Virus record (IMG/VR): IMGVR_UViG_3300037047_000284
Location: 1 to 40,070 of that record
DNA from: a virus
Lineage: Duplodnaviria > Caudoviricetes
Direction: 5' to 3' (one strand)
DNA length: 40,070 nucleotides
Below, in pieces: positions 28,113 through 37,257 of the stretch. Both the position numbers and the translations under genes were made by a program. Position 1 is the first letter of the stretch. Each line of letters opens with the position of its first letter. The notes below the pieces were generated by a model. The model made no database searches and was not told where the DNA came from. It saw nothing but the letters and a program-made list of their open reading frames with translations.

Positions 28113-28343
28113 CTACGCATGGGTCACCCCCTGCTCTGCGGGCTGCGGGGCCTGCGGGTTGTTGGCTGCTGGCGGAGTGGCGGATTCGCTCAATGGGAAC
28201 CGCATGCGCAATACCTGAAGCCAGCCATCTGGAACGCTGTCGCGGCTGAGCCAGTTGCTCACACGGCTCTGGCTGATTCCGAGAGCTCTGGCAAGGGAAG
28301 TCACACCGCCAGTGGCCCGTATTGCGTGGTTGAGTTCGTCCAT
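28113..28343 (-). CDS. cro: Cro-like repressor (YdaS-type HTH)
   Basis: AIRATGGVTSLARALGISQSRVSNW; divergent from cI; PR TTGATC-N17-TAAAGT lies 8 nt from the ATG, suggesting a leaderless mRNA. Confidence 0.85.
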   Translation of the reverse strand: MDELNHAIRATGGVTSLARALGISQSRVSNWLSRDSVPDGWLQVLRMRFPLSESATPPAANNPQAPQPAEQGVTHA

Positions 28344-28351
28344 AGCTACGG

Positions 28352-28392
28352 ACTTTATCACAGTCGTGATTTTTGATCAACACATACGCATT
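28352..28392. promoter_or_regulatory. OR operators and PR
   Basis: ATCAC-AGTC-GTGAT (28357-28370) and AACACATACGCATT (28379-28392) match the OL operators; -35/-10 on the minus strand overlap them. Confidence 0.75.
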
Positions 28393-28395
28393 GTC

Positions 28396-29097
28396 ATGAT
28401 CACGACGATGGAAACCATCGCCGCGCGGCTAAAATATGCACGCAACCGCAGAGGGTGGACTCAGGGCCAGCTCGCGGTGGCGTCCGACGTGAGCCAGGGC
28501 ACCATTGGCAACATTGAATCCGGCAATAGGCAGGCAAGAGCCAGCCTTATCAAGATAGCGAGAGCCCTGGGGGTTAGCTACGATTGGCTTGCAGACGGCA
28601 TCGGGAACCCAGATACCGCCAACGAACCAATCCACCACGTTGCCGCCGAACCCAGAGCGATTTACCTTGCCGACAACCCAGAGTTTCCAGCAGTTCGCCG
28701 CGTCAAGCTGCGACTGCGCGCCGGCGTGACCGGCTTTGCAGTTGAGTCAGACGACGATGAAGCTGCACCCATCGTTTTTCGCCGAGAGTGGTTTGACCGC
28801 AATGGCTACCAGCCCGAAAAACTGCTCGCTGTGCGCGTGAGCGGCAATAGCATGGAGCCCGGTCTCTTTGATGGCGACACCGTGGTCATCAACACCGCCC
28901 AAACCGCACCCGTTGATGGCGCCGTGTTCGCCATCAACTACGAAGGCGAACCCGTCATCAAACGCCTGGTGCGCGATGGTGGCCAATGGTGGCTTAGCTC
29001 AGATAACCCTGATCAGTCGCGCCACCCAAGAAAAATCGCCAACGGTGACAGCCTGCTGGTCGGCCAGGTGGTACACAAGCAGAGCGAACGCATCTAG
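28396..29097 (+). CDS. cI: CI repressor (XRE HTH plus S24 autopeptidase); alternative start 28408
   Basis: WTQGQLA...VSQGTIGNIESG; AG cleavage site; VSGNSMEP catalytic Ser; VIKRL catalytic Lys. Confidence 0.93.
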   Translation: MITTMETIAARLKYARNRRGWTQGQLAVASDVSQGTIGNIESGNRQARASLIKIARALGVSYDWLADGIGNPDTANEPIHHVAAEPRAIYLADNPEFPAVRRVKLRLRAGVTGFAVESDDDEAAPIVFRREWFDRNGYQPEKLLAVRVSGNSMEPGLFDGDTVVINTAQTAPVDGAVFAINYEGEPVIKRLVRDGGQWWLSSDNPDQSRHPRKIANGDSLLVGQVVHKQSERI

Positions 29098-29098
29098 T

Positions 29099-29569
29099 TC
29101 ACTCAACCTGCGGCGGCTTTTCCTGCTGGAACTCCAGTATCTGGGCTCCGTTCTGGTATAGCTCAAGCTGCACCAAAATGTTTTTTGATGCCTTCAGCCA
29201 ACTGAAAAACAGTGGACCGTTTTCGATCACGACATAGTCCGAGCTCATGTCGGCGGCAGCACTTGCCTTAAAGATCATTTTTGGCGACGTGTCGAAGCGG
29301 ACTGCAATCGAGCAATTCTGCGAGCACAAGATCTGCCCCTTGTCCACAGAAACAACAACCATCGGATCCACATCACCACCCGTAGTGACGTGGATTGCCC
29401 CATGGTTCTTCCCCTGGTAAGGACTGCGGAGATTGATGGTATTGAGGCTTTTCAGCTTGGCTGTCAAAACCTCCACACCAGTCATCTTGTCAGTAGACCT
29501 ACTCATGGTCCAAGGGAAAGCAGCGCTACATGCGCTCGCCAGCAAAACCCCGAATAAAACAGATCGCAT
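29099..29569 (-). CDS. Exported protein (moron), possible superinfection exclusion factor
   Basis: Signal peptide MRSVLFGVLLASACSAA; RBS GGGAGG; lower GC; lies between cI and PL. Confidence 0.65.
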   Translation of the reverse strand: MRSVLFGVLLASACSAAFPWTMSRSTDKMTGVEVLTAKLKSLNTINLRSPYQGKNHGAIHVTTGGDVDPMVVVSVDKGQILCSQNCSIAVRFDTSPKMIFKASAAADMSSDYVVIENGPLFFSWLKASKNILVQLELYQNGAQILEFQQEKPPQVE

Positions 29570-29628
29570 ACAAGCCTCCCTAGGTAACGCTAGTTTAACG
29601 GGGCGCTGAGAAATAAATTCGCCCAAAA

Positions 29629-29670
29629 ATCACGTATGTGTTGACAACAATAAATCACGTCCGTGATAAT
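29629..29670 (+). promoter_or_regulatory. PL promoter with OL operators
   Basis: TTGACA(29641)-N18-GATAAT(29665); operators ATCAC-GTAT-GTGTT (29629-29642) and ATCAC-GTCC-GTGAT (29654-29667). Confidence 0.85.
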
Positions 29671-29698
29671 GCCCTCACGTTCAACAACGGAGGGCCAG

Positions 29699-30187
29699 AT
29701 GGCACAGCAACACACCCGATCAACGCCGCCCCGTGAAGGGCAGCACATCGGCCCAGGCGCGGCCCACAGCCGCCGGGTCGGCATAGGCCGCCTGCCCCAT
29801 CGCATCCTGCTGGTGGTGCTGCCGGGCTACCTCTTCAGCCCGCTGCCAGCGCTCGCTCAGGGCGCGGCCTCGGCGGGCGCCCAGACACTGCTCCAGCCGG
29901 TCCAGCTCGATCAGGCCGGGCTGCGCACGGTGAACGCTGGGGGCGCCGCTCTGGGCCAGCAGCCACGCGCGGACTGGCTCACTGGCCTCGTTGAGTTCCT
30001 TTCGGCGGTCCCGCCAGAGTGCCGTACGGTGCCCAATCAGCACCCCAAGAAGGAATGTCAGCAGCGGCAGCGCGGGGTGCTGGAGAGCTTCAAGGAACGT
30101 CATCCGGTGGCCTTCAATCTGGTGGTGGCGGGCCTGACTTTACTCGCCGGCTTCTACGTCGGTGGTGGCTTCAAAGGGGGCGAGTGA
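29699..30187 (+). CDS. First PL-operon ORF, hypothetical; overlaps an antisense gene
   Basis: RBS GGAGGG before ATG 29699; stop overlaps the next ATG (TGATG). Confidence 0.45.
   Translation: MAQQHTRSTPPREGQHIGPGAAHSRRVGIGRLPHRILLVVLPGYLFSPLPALAQGAASAGAQTLLQPVQLDQAGLRTVNAGGAALGQQPRADWLTGLVEFLSAVPPECRTVPNQHPKKECQQRQRGVLESFKERHPVAFNLVVAGLTLLAGFYVGGGFKGGE
29720..30103 (-). CDS. Single-TM membrane protein antisense to the PL operon
   Basis: N-terminal TM LPLLTFLLGVLIG then basic RDRRKE; protein-like composition. Confidence 0.55.
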   Translation of the reverse strand: MTFLEALQHPALPLLTFLLGVLIGHRTALWRDRRKELNEASEPVRAWLLAQSGAPSVHRAQPGLIELDRLEQCLGARRGRALSERWQRAEEVARQHHQQDAMGQAAYADPAAVGRAWADVLPFTGRR

Positions 30188-30399
30188 TGCTCAAGCAACA
30201 CACCACCGCAACCATGGCGAGCCAGCCCAACACCATCGCCCAGCAATGCGAAGCCGCCATGGCCCGCATCCGCGCCAGCATCAACCGCAGCGCCGGCCAA
30301 CACCTGCGCGCCATGAAGGCCGCCAGCGCCGAGCGCGCCGCCCTGGCCGCCTCGGTTGGCAAAACACTGGGCAGCGGCCAGAAAGTCGGCGCCGCATGA
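30187..30399 (+). CDS. Hypothetical protein
   Basis: Coupled ORF in PL operon. Confidence 0.6.
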   Translation: MLKQHTTATMASQPNTIAQQCEAAMARIRASINRSAGQHLRAMKAASAERAALAASVGKTLGSGQKVGAA

Positions 30400-30617
30400 C
30401 CAGCATCACCGCCCCCATCCTGCCCGCCTGCAACCGCCCGGCCGACCGCTGTGTGCACACAGGCCGCGTGCAGATCGGCATCGCCCACCAGCGCCCGCCG
30501 CTGCCCATCGAAAGCCGCGACGCGCTCACCCTGCAGCGCGCGCTGCTCGACCCCCGCACCGCTCAACAACCCGGCCTGCTGGCCCAGATCTTCGGAGGAC
30601 TCTACAAATGGCTCTGA
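30396..30617 (+). CDS. Hypothetical protein
   Basis: ATGA overlap; TGRVQIGIAH...LQRALL. Confidence 0.65.
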   Translation: MTSITAPILPACNRPADRCVHTGRVQIGIAHQRPPLPIESRDALTLQRALLDPRTAQQPGLLAQIFGGLYKWL

Positions 30618-31141
30618 CCAACCCCAACCACCACCGCCCGCCGCGCCATCTGCCGCAGTCCGAGAGCCAGCGCCAGGAGCTGCTGCGCCGCATCGACGCC
30701 GCCGAACTCGCCGAACTTCGCTCCGAGCGCGCCCGCGCCGAGATCAAGGCCCACATCACGCGCACCAGCAAAGGCCTCCGCACCGTGCAAGTCATCAACG
30801 AAGGCCTGCGCACCGGCACCATCCGCCTGCAGCCCGAGCCCACCGCCGCCACCAGCCTGACGGCCGACAAGCTCCTGCTGCGCGCTGACGGCGGCAAGCC
30901 CGTGCTGCGCGTCGTGCCAGGCAGCGGCGACCCCGTGCAAGGCAACACCAGCCCGCGCTGGGTGGGTGTCGACCTGGCCACCAAGCCCGACCAGACCGTC
31001 CACTGGTCACCCCCGCCCCACCCCCACAAGCCGCCCGCCCTGACGCCCTACGAGCGCCGCGCCGTGCTCGGCATCGTCGTCGTCTACCTGCTGGCATTTG
31101 CGGGCCTGACCGCCATCACCATCTGGGGCCGCGCGGCCTGA
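30608..31141 (+). CDS. Hypothetical protein with C-terminal TM segment
   Basis: RBS GGAGGA; C-terminal AVLGIVVVYLLAFAGLTAITIW. Confidence 0.65.
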   Translation: MALTNPNHHRPPRHLPQSESQRQELLRRIDAAELAELRSERARAEIKAHITRTSKGLRTVQVINEGLRTGTIRLQPEPTAATSLTADKLLLRADGGKPVLRVVPGSGDPVQGNTSPRWVGVDLATKPDQTVHWSPPPHPHKPPALTPYERRAVLGIVVVYLLAFAGLTAITIWGRAA

Positions 31142-31153
31142 CCCGAGCTCACC

Positions 31154-31441
31154 ATGGCCCGTGCCCTGCCCACCCTGCCACCGGTGACCGACGACCACCG
31201 CCACGCCGCCTTTGTGGCCATGGGCTGGGTTGGCTGGACCTACGAATCCGCCATGGCCGACGCCGTGCGTGGCCGCGTCGTCGAAGCCCGCGCCCACCTG
31301 CTGCGCAAGCAGCAATGGGCCGCCCAGCGCTGGCAGCGCACGCCCTGGCCCCCAGCGCCCGCCCCCAGAAGCCTGCAGCCCTACCAACGGGCCCACCTGT
31401 CCGACCTCAAGCGAGCCGCCGCCGGCGACCGCGAAGACTGA
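31154..31441 (+). CDS. Hypothetical protein
   Basis: 95 aa; ends in DLKRAAAGDRED, a tail typical of small phage early proteins. Confidence 0.65.
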   Translation: MARALPTLPPVTDDHRHAAFVAMGWVGWTYESAMADAVRGRVVEARAHLLRKQQWAAQRWQRTPWPPAPAPRSLQPYQRAHLSDLKRAAAGDRED

Positions 31442-31470
31442 TCCATCCAACCCAATACGCAACCACCCCC

Positions 31471-31674
31471 ATGGCCACCGTTCACCTCACCCTGACCGAC
31501 ACGCCCACCGGCGGCGTCGAAGTCCACACCGACTTCGTGCCCGGCGTCGGCGCGCCCTGCAGCAAAGCCCAGGCCGCCGCACTGGAAATCTTCAACCGCA
31601 CCCGCCGCGAGTGGGGCGTGTCCGGCATCGAAGTCGTGCACATCAACCAACTCCCGCTGGAACTGCCCGCATGA
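31471..31674 (+). CDS. Hypothetical protein
   Basis: 67 aa; ATGA overlap with next gene. Confidence 0.65.
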   Translation: MATVHLTLTDTPTGGVEVHTDFVPGVGAPCSKAQAAALEIFNRTRREWGVSGIEVVHINQLPLELPA

Positions 31675-32360
31675 GCACCATCGCCCCCGCCACCCTGGCC
31701 ACCATGCGCTACCTCAAAACCCACGGCCTGAGCACCCGCGCCGAGCTTCGCAAGGCCGTGCCAGAGCTCGCCAAGGGCACGCTCGACAACCTGCGCGGCG
31801 CCCGCTACATCGCGACCGACGACGTCACCAAAGAAACCCGCTACGCGCTCACGCCCTTGGGCACGAAGCGCCTGCAGGCGCATGAAGACGCGCTCGCCAG
31901 CGGCCTGCCCGTGCACAGCCGGCGCTGGAACAAAGACGAAGCCGACAAGCTGAAAGACATGGCCAGCAACGCCCAGATCGAGCGCGCCATCATCGACACC
32001 CTGCGCCGCGCATCGGGCCCGATCACGCTGCCCGAAGTCGCCCGCCGGCTCAGCCAGGCCGACAACATGATCCGCCCCAGCCTCACCACGCTGGTGCAGG
32101 CCGGCACCGTTTGCATCACCGGGCGCTCCCCCCTGCGCTACGCCATGCCCGAGCCCAGCCCGGCAGCGCGCGCCGGCTCCATGGTCGTGCACGCCGCCAG
32201 CACACGCGGCGACTACGAAGGCCAGGAACTCAAGCGCAACCCCGGCATCCCTGACGACCGCTTCGAAGCCTCCCGCCTGCCCAGCCGCATGGGCGACCGG
32301 CTGCATTTTCCAGATGGGCGCGTGCTGGCGATGCCAAACCTGCGCGAGGTGATCGCGTGA
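31671..32360 (+). CDS. Putative tandem winged-helix DNA-binding protein
   Basis: Two wHTH-like segments (YALTPLG; ITLPEVARRL...LTTLVQAG). Confidence 0.6.
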   Translation: MSTIAPATLATMRYLKTHGLSTRAELRKAVPELAKGTLDNLRGARYIATDDVTKETRYALTPLGTKRLQAHEDALASGLPVHSRRWNKDEADKLKDMASNAQIERAIIDTLRRASGPITLPEVARRLSQADNMIRPSLTTLVQAGTVCITGRSPLRYAMPEPSPAARAGSMVVHAASTRGDYEGQELKRNPGIPDDRFEASRLPSRMGDRLHFPDGRVLAMPNLREVIA

Positions 32361-34456
32361 ACACCTTCGCCCTCATCCCCCTGGCCCACATCGTTGCCAG
32401 CCTCACCAACCCGCGCAAGACGTTCAACCAAGAGCGCCTGGCCGAGCTGGCCGAGAGCATCCGCGCCAGTGGGGTGCACCAGCCCGTGTTGCTGCGCCCG
32501 CTGCCCGGCTCGCGCGTGGCCGACACCGCGCACCACGACCCCCGCCCACAGTACGAGCTGGTGAGCGGCGAGCGCCGCGTGCGCGCCAGCGCCATGGCCG
32601 AACAGGACAGCGTGCCCGCCATGATCCGCGCCCTGAGCGACGACCAGGTGCTCGACATCCAGCTGGTGGAGAACCTGCAGCGCGAAGACCTCACGCCGCT
32701 GGAAGAGGCCGAAGGCTACGACCACCTGATGCACGCCCACGAGCCTGCCCTGAGCGCCGACGACGTGGCCCAGCGCATCGGCAAGAGCCGCGCCTACGTC
32801 TACGCCCGCCTGAAGCTGCTCAACCTGTGCCACGAAGGCCGAGAAGCCCTGCGCCTGGGCCAGATCGACGCCAGCCTCGCGCTGCTCATCGCCCGCATCC
32901 CCAGCACCAAGGTGCAGGCCGACGCGCTGGGCAACGTGTTCAACCCCATGACCGGCGCCGCCATGAGCGTGCGCGAGGCCAGCGCGCTGATCCAGCGCCA
33001 GTACATGCTGCGCCTGCCAGAGGCCCGCTTCAACCCCTCCGACGCCGCCCTCGTGCCCAGCGCCGGCAGCTGCAGCCACTGCAGCAAGCGCACCGGCGCC
33101 GACCCCGACATCTTTGCCGACGTCAAGGGCGCCGACGTCTGCACAGATCCGCCCTGCTTCCGCACCAAGACCGAAGCCCACCAGGCGCAGCAACTGCAGG
33201 CCGCAGCCGACAGCGGCGCCACCGTCATCACAGGGCGCGAGGCGCAGGAACTCATGCCCCTGCAGACCGACACCCGCGTCGAGGGCTACCTGCGCCTGGA
33301 CGACGCCCGCGACACCCCCACCGGCGGCCCCAAGACCATCCGCGAACTCGTGGGCCACCTCATGGAGCCCGCCGGCATCAAGCCCACCCTGATCGAGAAC
33401 CCCAACAGCCCGGCGCATGAGCTCATTGCGCTGGTGACGCGGGCCGAGGCTGGGCGGTTGTTCGACCTGGCGAAGGCCGCCAGCGGCAAGGGCAAAGGCA
33501 AGGCCGCTGGCGGGCAGGCAGGGACCGCCACAGCGCCGCAGGAGGTGGACGAAGGCAAGGCCGCCGCCGAAGCGTTTGAACGCACCTGGCGCCAGCGCGT
33601 GGTGGCTGCGGCGTGGGAAAACATCCGAGACCGCGAAGAAGGCATGTACGCCCTGCCCATGGGCGCCATCACTCACCTTGCCAAAGTCCAGGCCGACGCG
33701 CTGGGCGTGGCCCAGGCCCGTGCGCTGTGCGACCTGCTGCAGCTCGGCTCCGTCGCGCCCAAGGAAGCCATCGACGAATGGGCCATCAGCCAGAAAGACC
33801 CCGAGCGGGCCCTCGCGCTGCTGCTCATGGCCGAAGCCGCCAGCCACCTGCCCGGCCACCCCATGGCCGACGAAAGCCGCACGCTGCTTACCACCATCGC
33901 CGCCGACCGTGGCGTGGGTGTGGACACCGGCGCCATCATCGAGCAGGCCGGCGAAGAGGCCAAGGCCCAGCTCAAGGCGAAGCAAGACGCCCGCGAAGCC
34001 GAACAAAAATCACCCGATCTACCCCTTTCCTCTGCTGCGCAAGCGAGTGGGGTGCGGGGGGGTAAAGGCAAGGCCAAAAAACCCGGTTCCGCTGCGCTGG
34101 CGCACCGTGTGCCAAAAACCACCGAGCAGGAAGCAATTCAAGGCATCGCTGCCGCGATGCAAGGCCTAGGAGAGGAAGGGGCCGACGCCGGCCCCTCGGG
34201 GTCCGATCCAGACGGCGCAAGCGCCGTGGGGCCAGGTGGTCGGGCGACTTCGCCCGACGCTAGCGCCTCGGAGCTGGTTCCGGGCGCACGTGTCCGGTTT
34301 GTCGGCGTTCACATGACGGGCCAGCTCGGCCGCCTGAAAGAGGCCGCAGGGCTTGAAGGCAAGTGGCTGGTGAACGTCGACGGCCTCACCAGCGACTACG
34401 TGTTCGAACCGCACGAGTTCCAAGTCGTGGCCGAGGAAGGCGAAGCAGCATGCTGA
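32357..34456 (+). CDS. ParB/RepB/Spo0J-family protein with long C-terminal extension
   Basis: NPRKTF...LAESI...GVHQP, YELVSGERRVRA, ENLQREDL, HTH; Cys cluster CSHC...CTDPPC. Confidence 0.88.
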   Translation: MNTFALIPLAHIVASLTNPRKTFNQERLAELAESIRASGVHQPVLLRPLPGSRVADTAHHDPRPQYELVSGERRVRASAMAEQDSVPAMIRALSDDQVLDIQLVENLQREDLTPLEEAEGYDHLMHAHEPALSADDVAQRIGKSRAYVYARLKLLNLCHEGREALRLGQIDASLALLIARIPSTKVQADALGNVFNPMTGAAMSVREASALIQRQYMLRLPEARFNPSDAALVPSAGSCSHCSKRTGADPDIFADVKGADVCTDPPCFRTKTEAHQAQQLQAAADSGATVITGREAQELMPLQTDTRVEGYLRLDDARDTPTGGPKTIRELVGHLMEPAGIKPTLIENPNSPAHELIALVTRAEAGRLFDLAKAASGKGKGKAAGGQAGTATAPQEVDEGKAAAEAFERTWRQRVVAAAWENIRDREEGMYALPMGAITHLAKVQADALGVAQARALCDLLQLGSVAPKEAIDEWAISQKDPERALALLLMAEAASHLPGHPMADESRTLLTTIAADRGVGVDTGAIIEQAGEEAKAQLKAKQDAREAEQKSPDLPLSSAAQASGVRGGKGKAKKPGSAALAHRVPKTTEQEAIQGIAAAMQGLGEEGADAGPSGSDPDGASAVGPGGRATSPDASASELVPGARVRFVGVHMTGQLGRLKEAAGLEGKWLVNVDGLTSDYVFEPHEFQVVAEEGEAAC

Positions 34457-36441
34457 ACCCTCAATTCATCCTTCCCATCGCCAACGAGCTGGTGGTCGAC
34501 CTCTTTGCAGGCGGTGGCGGCGCATCCACCGGCATCGAGCAGGCCATCGGCCGGCATGTCGACATCGCCATCAACCACGACCCCGAGGCGATCAGCCTGC
34601 ACACCGCGAACCACCCGCAAACGCGCCACTTTGTGAGCGACGTTTTTGAGGTTGACCCCGTGGTGGTCACAGACGGCCAGCCGGTGGGCCTGCTCTGGGC
34701 ATCGCCCGACTGCAAACACTTCAGCAAGGCGAAGGGCGGCAAGCCCGTGAGCAAGAAGATCCGCTCGCTGGCCTGGGTGGTGGTCAAGTGGACCGCCGCC
34801 GTCAAGCCGCGCGTCATCTGCCTGGAGAACGTCGAAGAGTTCCAGACCTGGGGACCGCTGGGCCCTGACAACCGCCCGTGCCCCAACCGCAAGGGCCAGA
34901 CCTTCCAGCGCTGGAAGCGGCAACTGGAGCGCATGGGCTACGTGGTGGAGCACCGAGAGCTGCGCGCCTGCGATTACGGCGCCCCCACCATCCGCAAGCG
35001 CCTGTTTCTCGTGGCCCGGCGTGATGGCATGCCCATCGTCTGGCCCGAAGCCACCCACGGAGCGCCCGACAGCCTGCCCGTGAAGCAGAAGAAGCTCAAG
35101 CCCTGGCGCACCGCCGCCGAGTGCATCGACTGGAGCGTGCCCGCGCCCAGCATCTTCGAGCGCAGCAAGCCGCTGGCCGACGCCACGTGCCGGCGAATCG
35201 CAAAGGGAATCATGCGGTACGTGGTGAACGCGGCCGATCCGTTCATAGTTCAAGGAGACAGCCGTGGCATACAGCATCAGCAGGGATCCCACACTCACGC
35301 CTCACCAAAAAGCAAAGCTGATTGGGGAAAAACAAGCAGCGGAGCACAAGCTCATGATGGAGTGGGCTGCGGAGTTCGAGCCCTATTTTCAAGCGATACA
35401 GGCCGGCATCCCCATGAGCCAGACACCCTGGGCCCCCAAAGGCCAACCGATGCGGCTTTGGAGGGATTTCCCACCGCCACCACTTCAACAAAAACCGACC
35501 GGGGTGCTTGCCACGATCACGATCCGGCAGCAAGCGCCCCAGCAAATAGCGTTGAGCTTTTAGCACCCACCCTGGTGCAGACCGGCTACGGCGAACGCGA
35601 AGGCCAGGCGCCCCGCGCGCTCGACCTCGGCAAGCCGCTGGGCACCGTCGTCGCCGGGCAGAAGCATGCGCTGGTGTCCGCCTTCCTCGCCAAGCACTAC
35701 ACCGGCGTGGTCGGCAGCGATCTGGCCGCCCCCATGGGCACCGCCACCACGGTGGACCACCACAGCCTGGTGGCCGCGCACCTGGTGCACCTCGGGCACG
35801 GCGAGGGCAAAGACGGCACCAAGCGTTTCAGCCACGGCATCCGCGACGTCACCCAGCCGCTCAACACCGTGACAGCGCAAGGGATGCCCGCCGGCGTCGT
35901 CACGGCGCACATGGTCACCATCGACAACAACAGCAGCCAGGGCGGCCACACCGCCGCAACTGCGCCGCTCAAGACCACCGTCACCGAAAACCGCCATGCG
36001 CTGGTCACCAGCCACATGCTCAAGCTGCGCGGCGACAACGTGGGCAGCGCGGCCGCCGAACCGCTGCACACCATCAGCGCCCAGGGAACCCACCACGGCG
36101 AGGTGCGCGCCTTCCTGATCAAGTATTACGGCACCGACCAAGACCCCGCCCTGCGCGAACCGCTGCACACCGTCACCACCAAAGACCGCTTCGGCCTCGT
36201 GACCATCAAAGGCCAGGACTACGCCATCGTGGACATCGGGCTGCGCATGCTCACCCCGCGCGAGCTGTACCGTGCCCAGGGCTTCCCCGAGAGCTACGCC
36301 ATTGACAAAGGCGCCGACGGCCACCCCCTCACCAAGACCGCGCAAGTGCGCATGTGCGGCAACAGCGTGTGCCCGCCGCTGGCTCGGGCCCTGGTGGCCG
36401 CGAACTACGTCGAAGCGCAGGATCTGAGGGCCGCAGCATGA
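34450..36441 (+). CDS. C5 cytosine DNA methyltransferase (orphan)
   Basis: DLFAGGGG, SPDC, LENV, R.RLF, motifs IX-X RMLTPREL...GNSV; repeated PLxTVT units. Confidence 0.92.
   Translation: MLNPQFILPIANELVVDLFAGGGGASTGIEQAIGRHVDIAINHDPEAISLHTANHPQTRHFVSDVFEVDPVVVTDGQPVGLLWASPDCKHFSKAKGGKPVSKKIRSLAWVVVKWTAAVKPRVICLENVEEFQTWGPLGPDNRPCPNRKGQTFQRWKRQLERMGYVVEHRELRACDYGAPTIRKRLFLVARRDGMPIVWPEATHGAPDSLPVKQKKLKPWRTAAECIDWSVPAPSIFERSKPLADATCRRIAKGIMRYVVNAADPFIVQGDSRGIQHQQGSHTHASPKSKADWGKTSSGAQAHDGVGCGVRALFSSDTGRHPHEPDTLGPQRPTDAALEGFPTATTSTKTDRGACHDHDPAASAPANSVELLAPTLVQTGYGEREGQAPRALDLGKPLGTVVAGQKHALVSAFLAKHYTGVVGSDLAAPMGTATTVDHHSLVAAHLVHLGHGEGKDGTKRFSHGIRDVTQPLNTVTAQGMPAGVVTAHMVTIDNNSSQGGHTAATAPLKTTVTENRHALVTSHMLKLRGDNVGSAAAEPLHTISAQGTHHGEVRAFLIKYYGTDQDPALREPLHTVTTKDRFGLVTIKGQDYAIVDIGLRMLTPRELYRAQGFPESYAIDKGADGHPLTKTAQVRMCGNSVCPPLARALVAANYVEAQDLRAAA
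35264..35563 (+). CDS. Nested out-of-frame 99-aa gene inside the methyltransferase
   Basis: RBS AAGGAG before GTG; ORF coincides with a lower-GC insertion in the MTase variable region. Confidence 0.6.
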   Translation: MAYSISRDPTLTPHQKAKLIGEKQAAEHKLMMEWAAEFEPYFQAIQAGIPMSQTPWAPKGQPMRLWRDFPPPPLQQKPTGVLATITIRQQAPQQIALSF

Positions 36442-36980
36442 CCACCCGCACCAAACCCCGCCGCCAGCCCGCCGACCCGCTGCACCGCGTCACCGCGCGC
36501 GGCATCGACCCGCGCAACCCCTGGGTACAGGCCGCCATGCGCAAGGCCGTTGAAGCCGAGGCGCGCGAGGCCGAAGAACGCCGCCAGGTGGCGCGCGCCG
36601 AGTTCGCCAGCCAGATCACCAGCACCCGGCTGCGGCTCTACAGCATGGCGCACGGGCAAGACGCCACCGAGATGATCGCCCAGCTCATGGTCGCCATCGG
36701 CACCCCCTGTGAAGCCGGCGCCCAGACCCCCGGCATCGGCCGCGCCGCACCCTGGGTGCGCCAGCTTCATGGCGCCCTGCGAACGCTGCAGGCCATGTGC
36801 CTGGCCGGCTACCTCTGGGACAGCGACACCGCCCACGCGCTCGACCGCGCCATCGAGGTGGCCGAAGAAGAGCGCGACGGCATCAGCGTCGAAACCTTCG
36901 CCCGCGCCTGGGTCGAGGCCAACGGCCTGGCCGCCAGCGTGCTGGCGCACCAGATTGACAAAGGGAGCATTGCAGCATGA
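36438..36980 (+). CDS. Hypothetical protein (180 aa)
   Basis: ATGA overlap with MTase stop; phage-typical codon usage. Confidence 0.7.
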   Translation: MTTRTKPRRQPADPLHRVTARGIDPRNPWVQAAMRKAVEAEAREAEERRQVARAEFASQITSTRLRLYSMAHGQDATEMIAQLMVAIGTPCEAGAQTPGIGRAAPWVRQLHGALRTLQAMCLAGYLWDSDTAHALDRAIEVAEEERDGISVETFARAWVEANGLAASVLAHQIDKGSIAA

Positions 36981-37002
36981 CCACAACGATAGGAGCCTCA
37001 TC

Positions 37003-37257
37003 ATGATCGGCACCCAACCCACCGGCGCCGTGCCCGGCGTCGTGATCTCAGCCGTGGCCCACGAAGGCCTGACCGTCACGGTCGACGGCAAGCCCGCGCG
37101 GCTGGCCATCGTGCTGGACGACGGCACCGTCGTGGCCGCCGGCACCGACGTGGCCAGAGAAGCCCAGGCCGTGGCCGTGAACCTCTACCGGGGGTTCCTG
37201 AAGGGGAACGGGCATCTGCGCGTGCTGAGCCCGTCTATTCCGACGGGGAAGCATTGA
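37003..37257 (+). CDS. Hypothetical protein (84 aa); stop codon lies in the core of the first attC
   Basis: RBS AGGAG; TGA within ATTGAAC. Confidence 0.7.
   Translation: MIGTQPTGAVPGVVISAVAHEGLTVTVDGKPARLAIVLDDGTVVAAGTDVAREAQAVAVNLYRGFLKGNGHLRVLSPSIPTGKH

Noticed and set aside
32357-34456. ParB as evidence of a plasmid-prophage lifestyle
   Set aside because: No ParA or parS array seen, and an integrase is present; ParB-domain genes next to methyltransferases are common in early regions
35570-36200. Repeated PLxTVT units in the methyltransferase
   Set aside because: Common feature of the variable region of phage C5 methyltransferases; not novel
36981-37252. The 84-aa gene as a sixth cassette
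   Set aside because: CCCAAC at about 37013 has no matching L-box stem or GTT arm; codon usage matches the phage backbone
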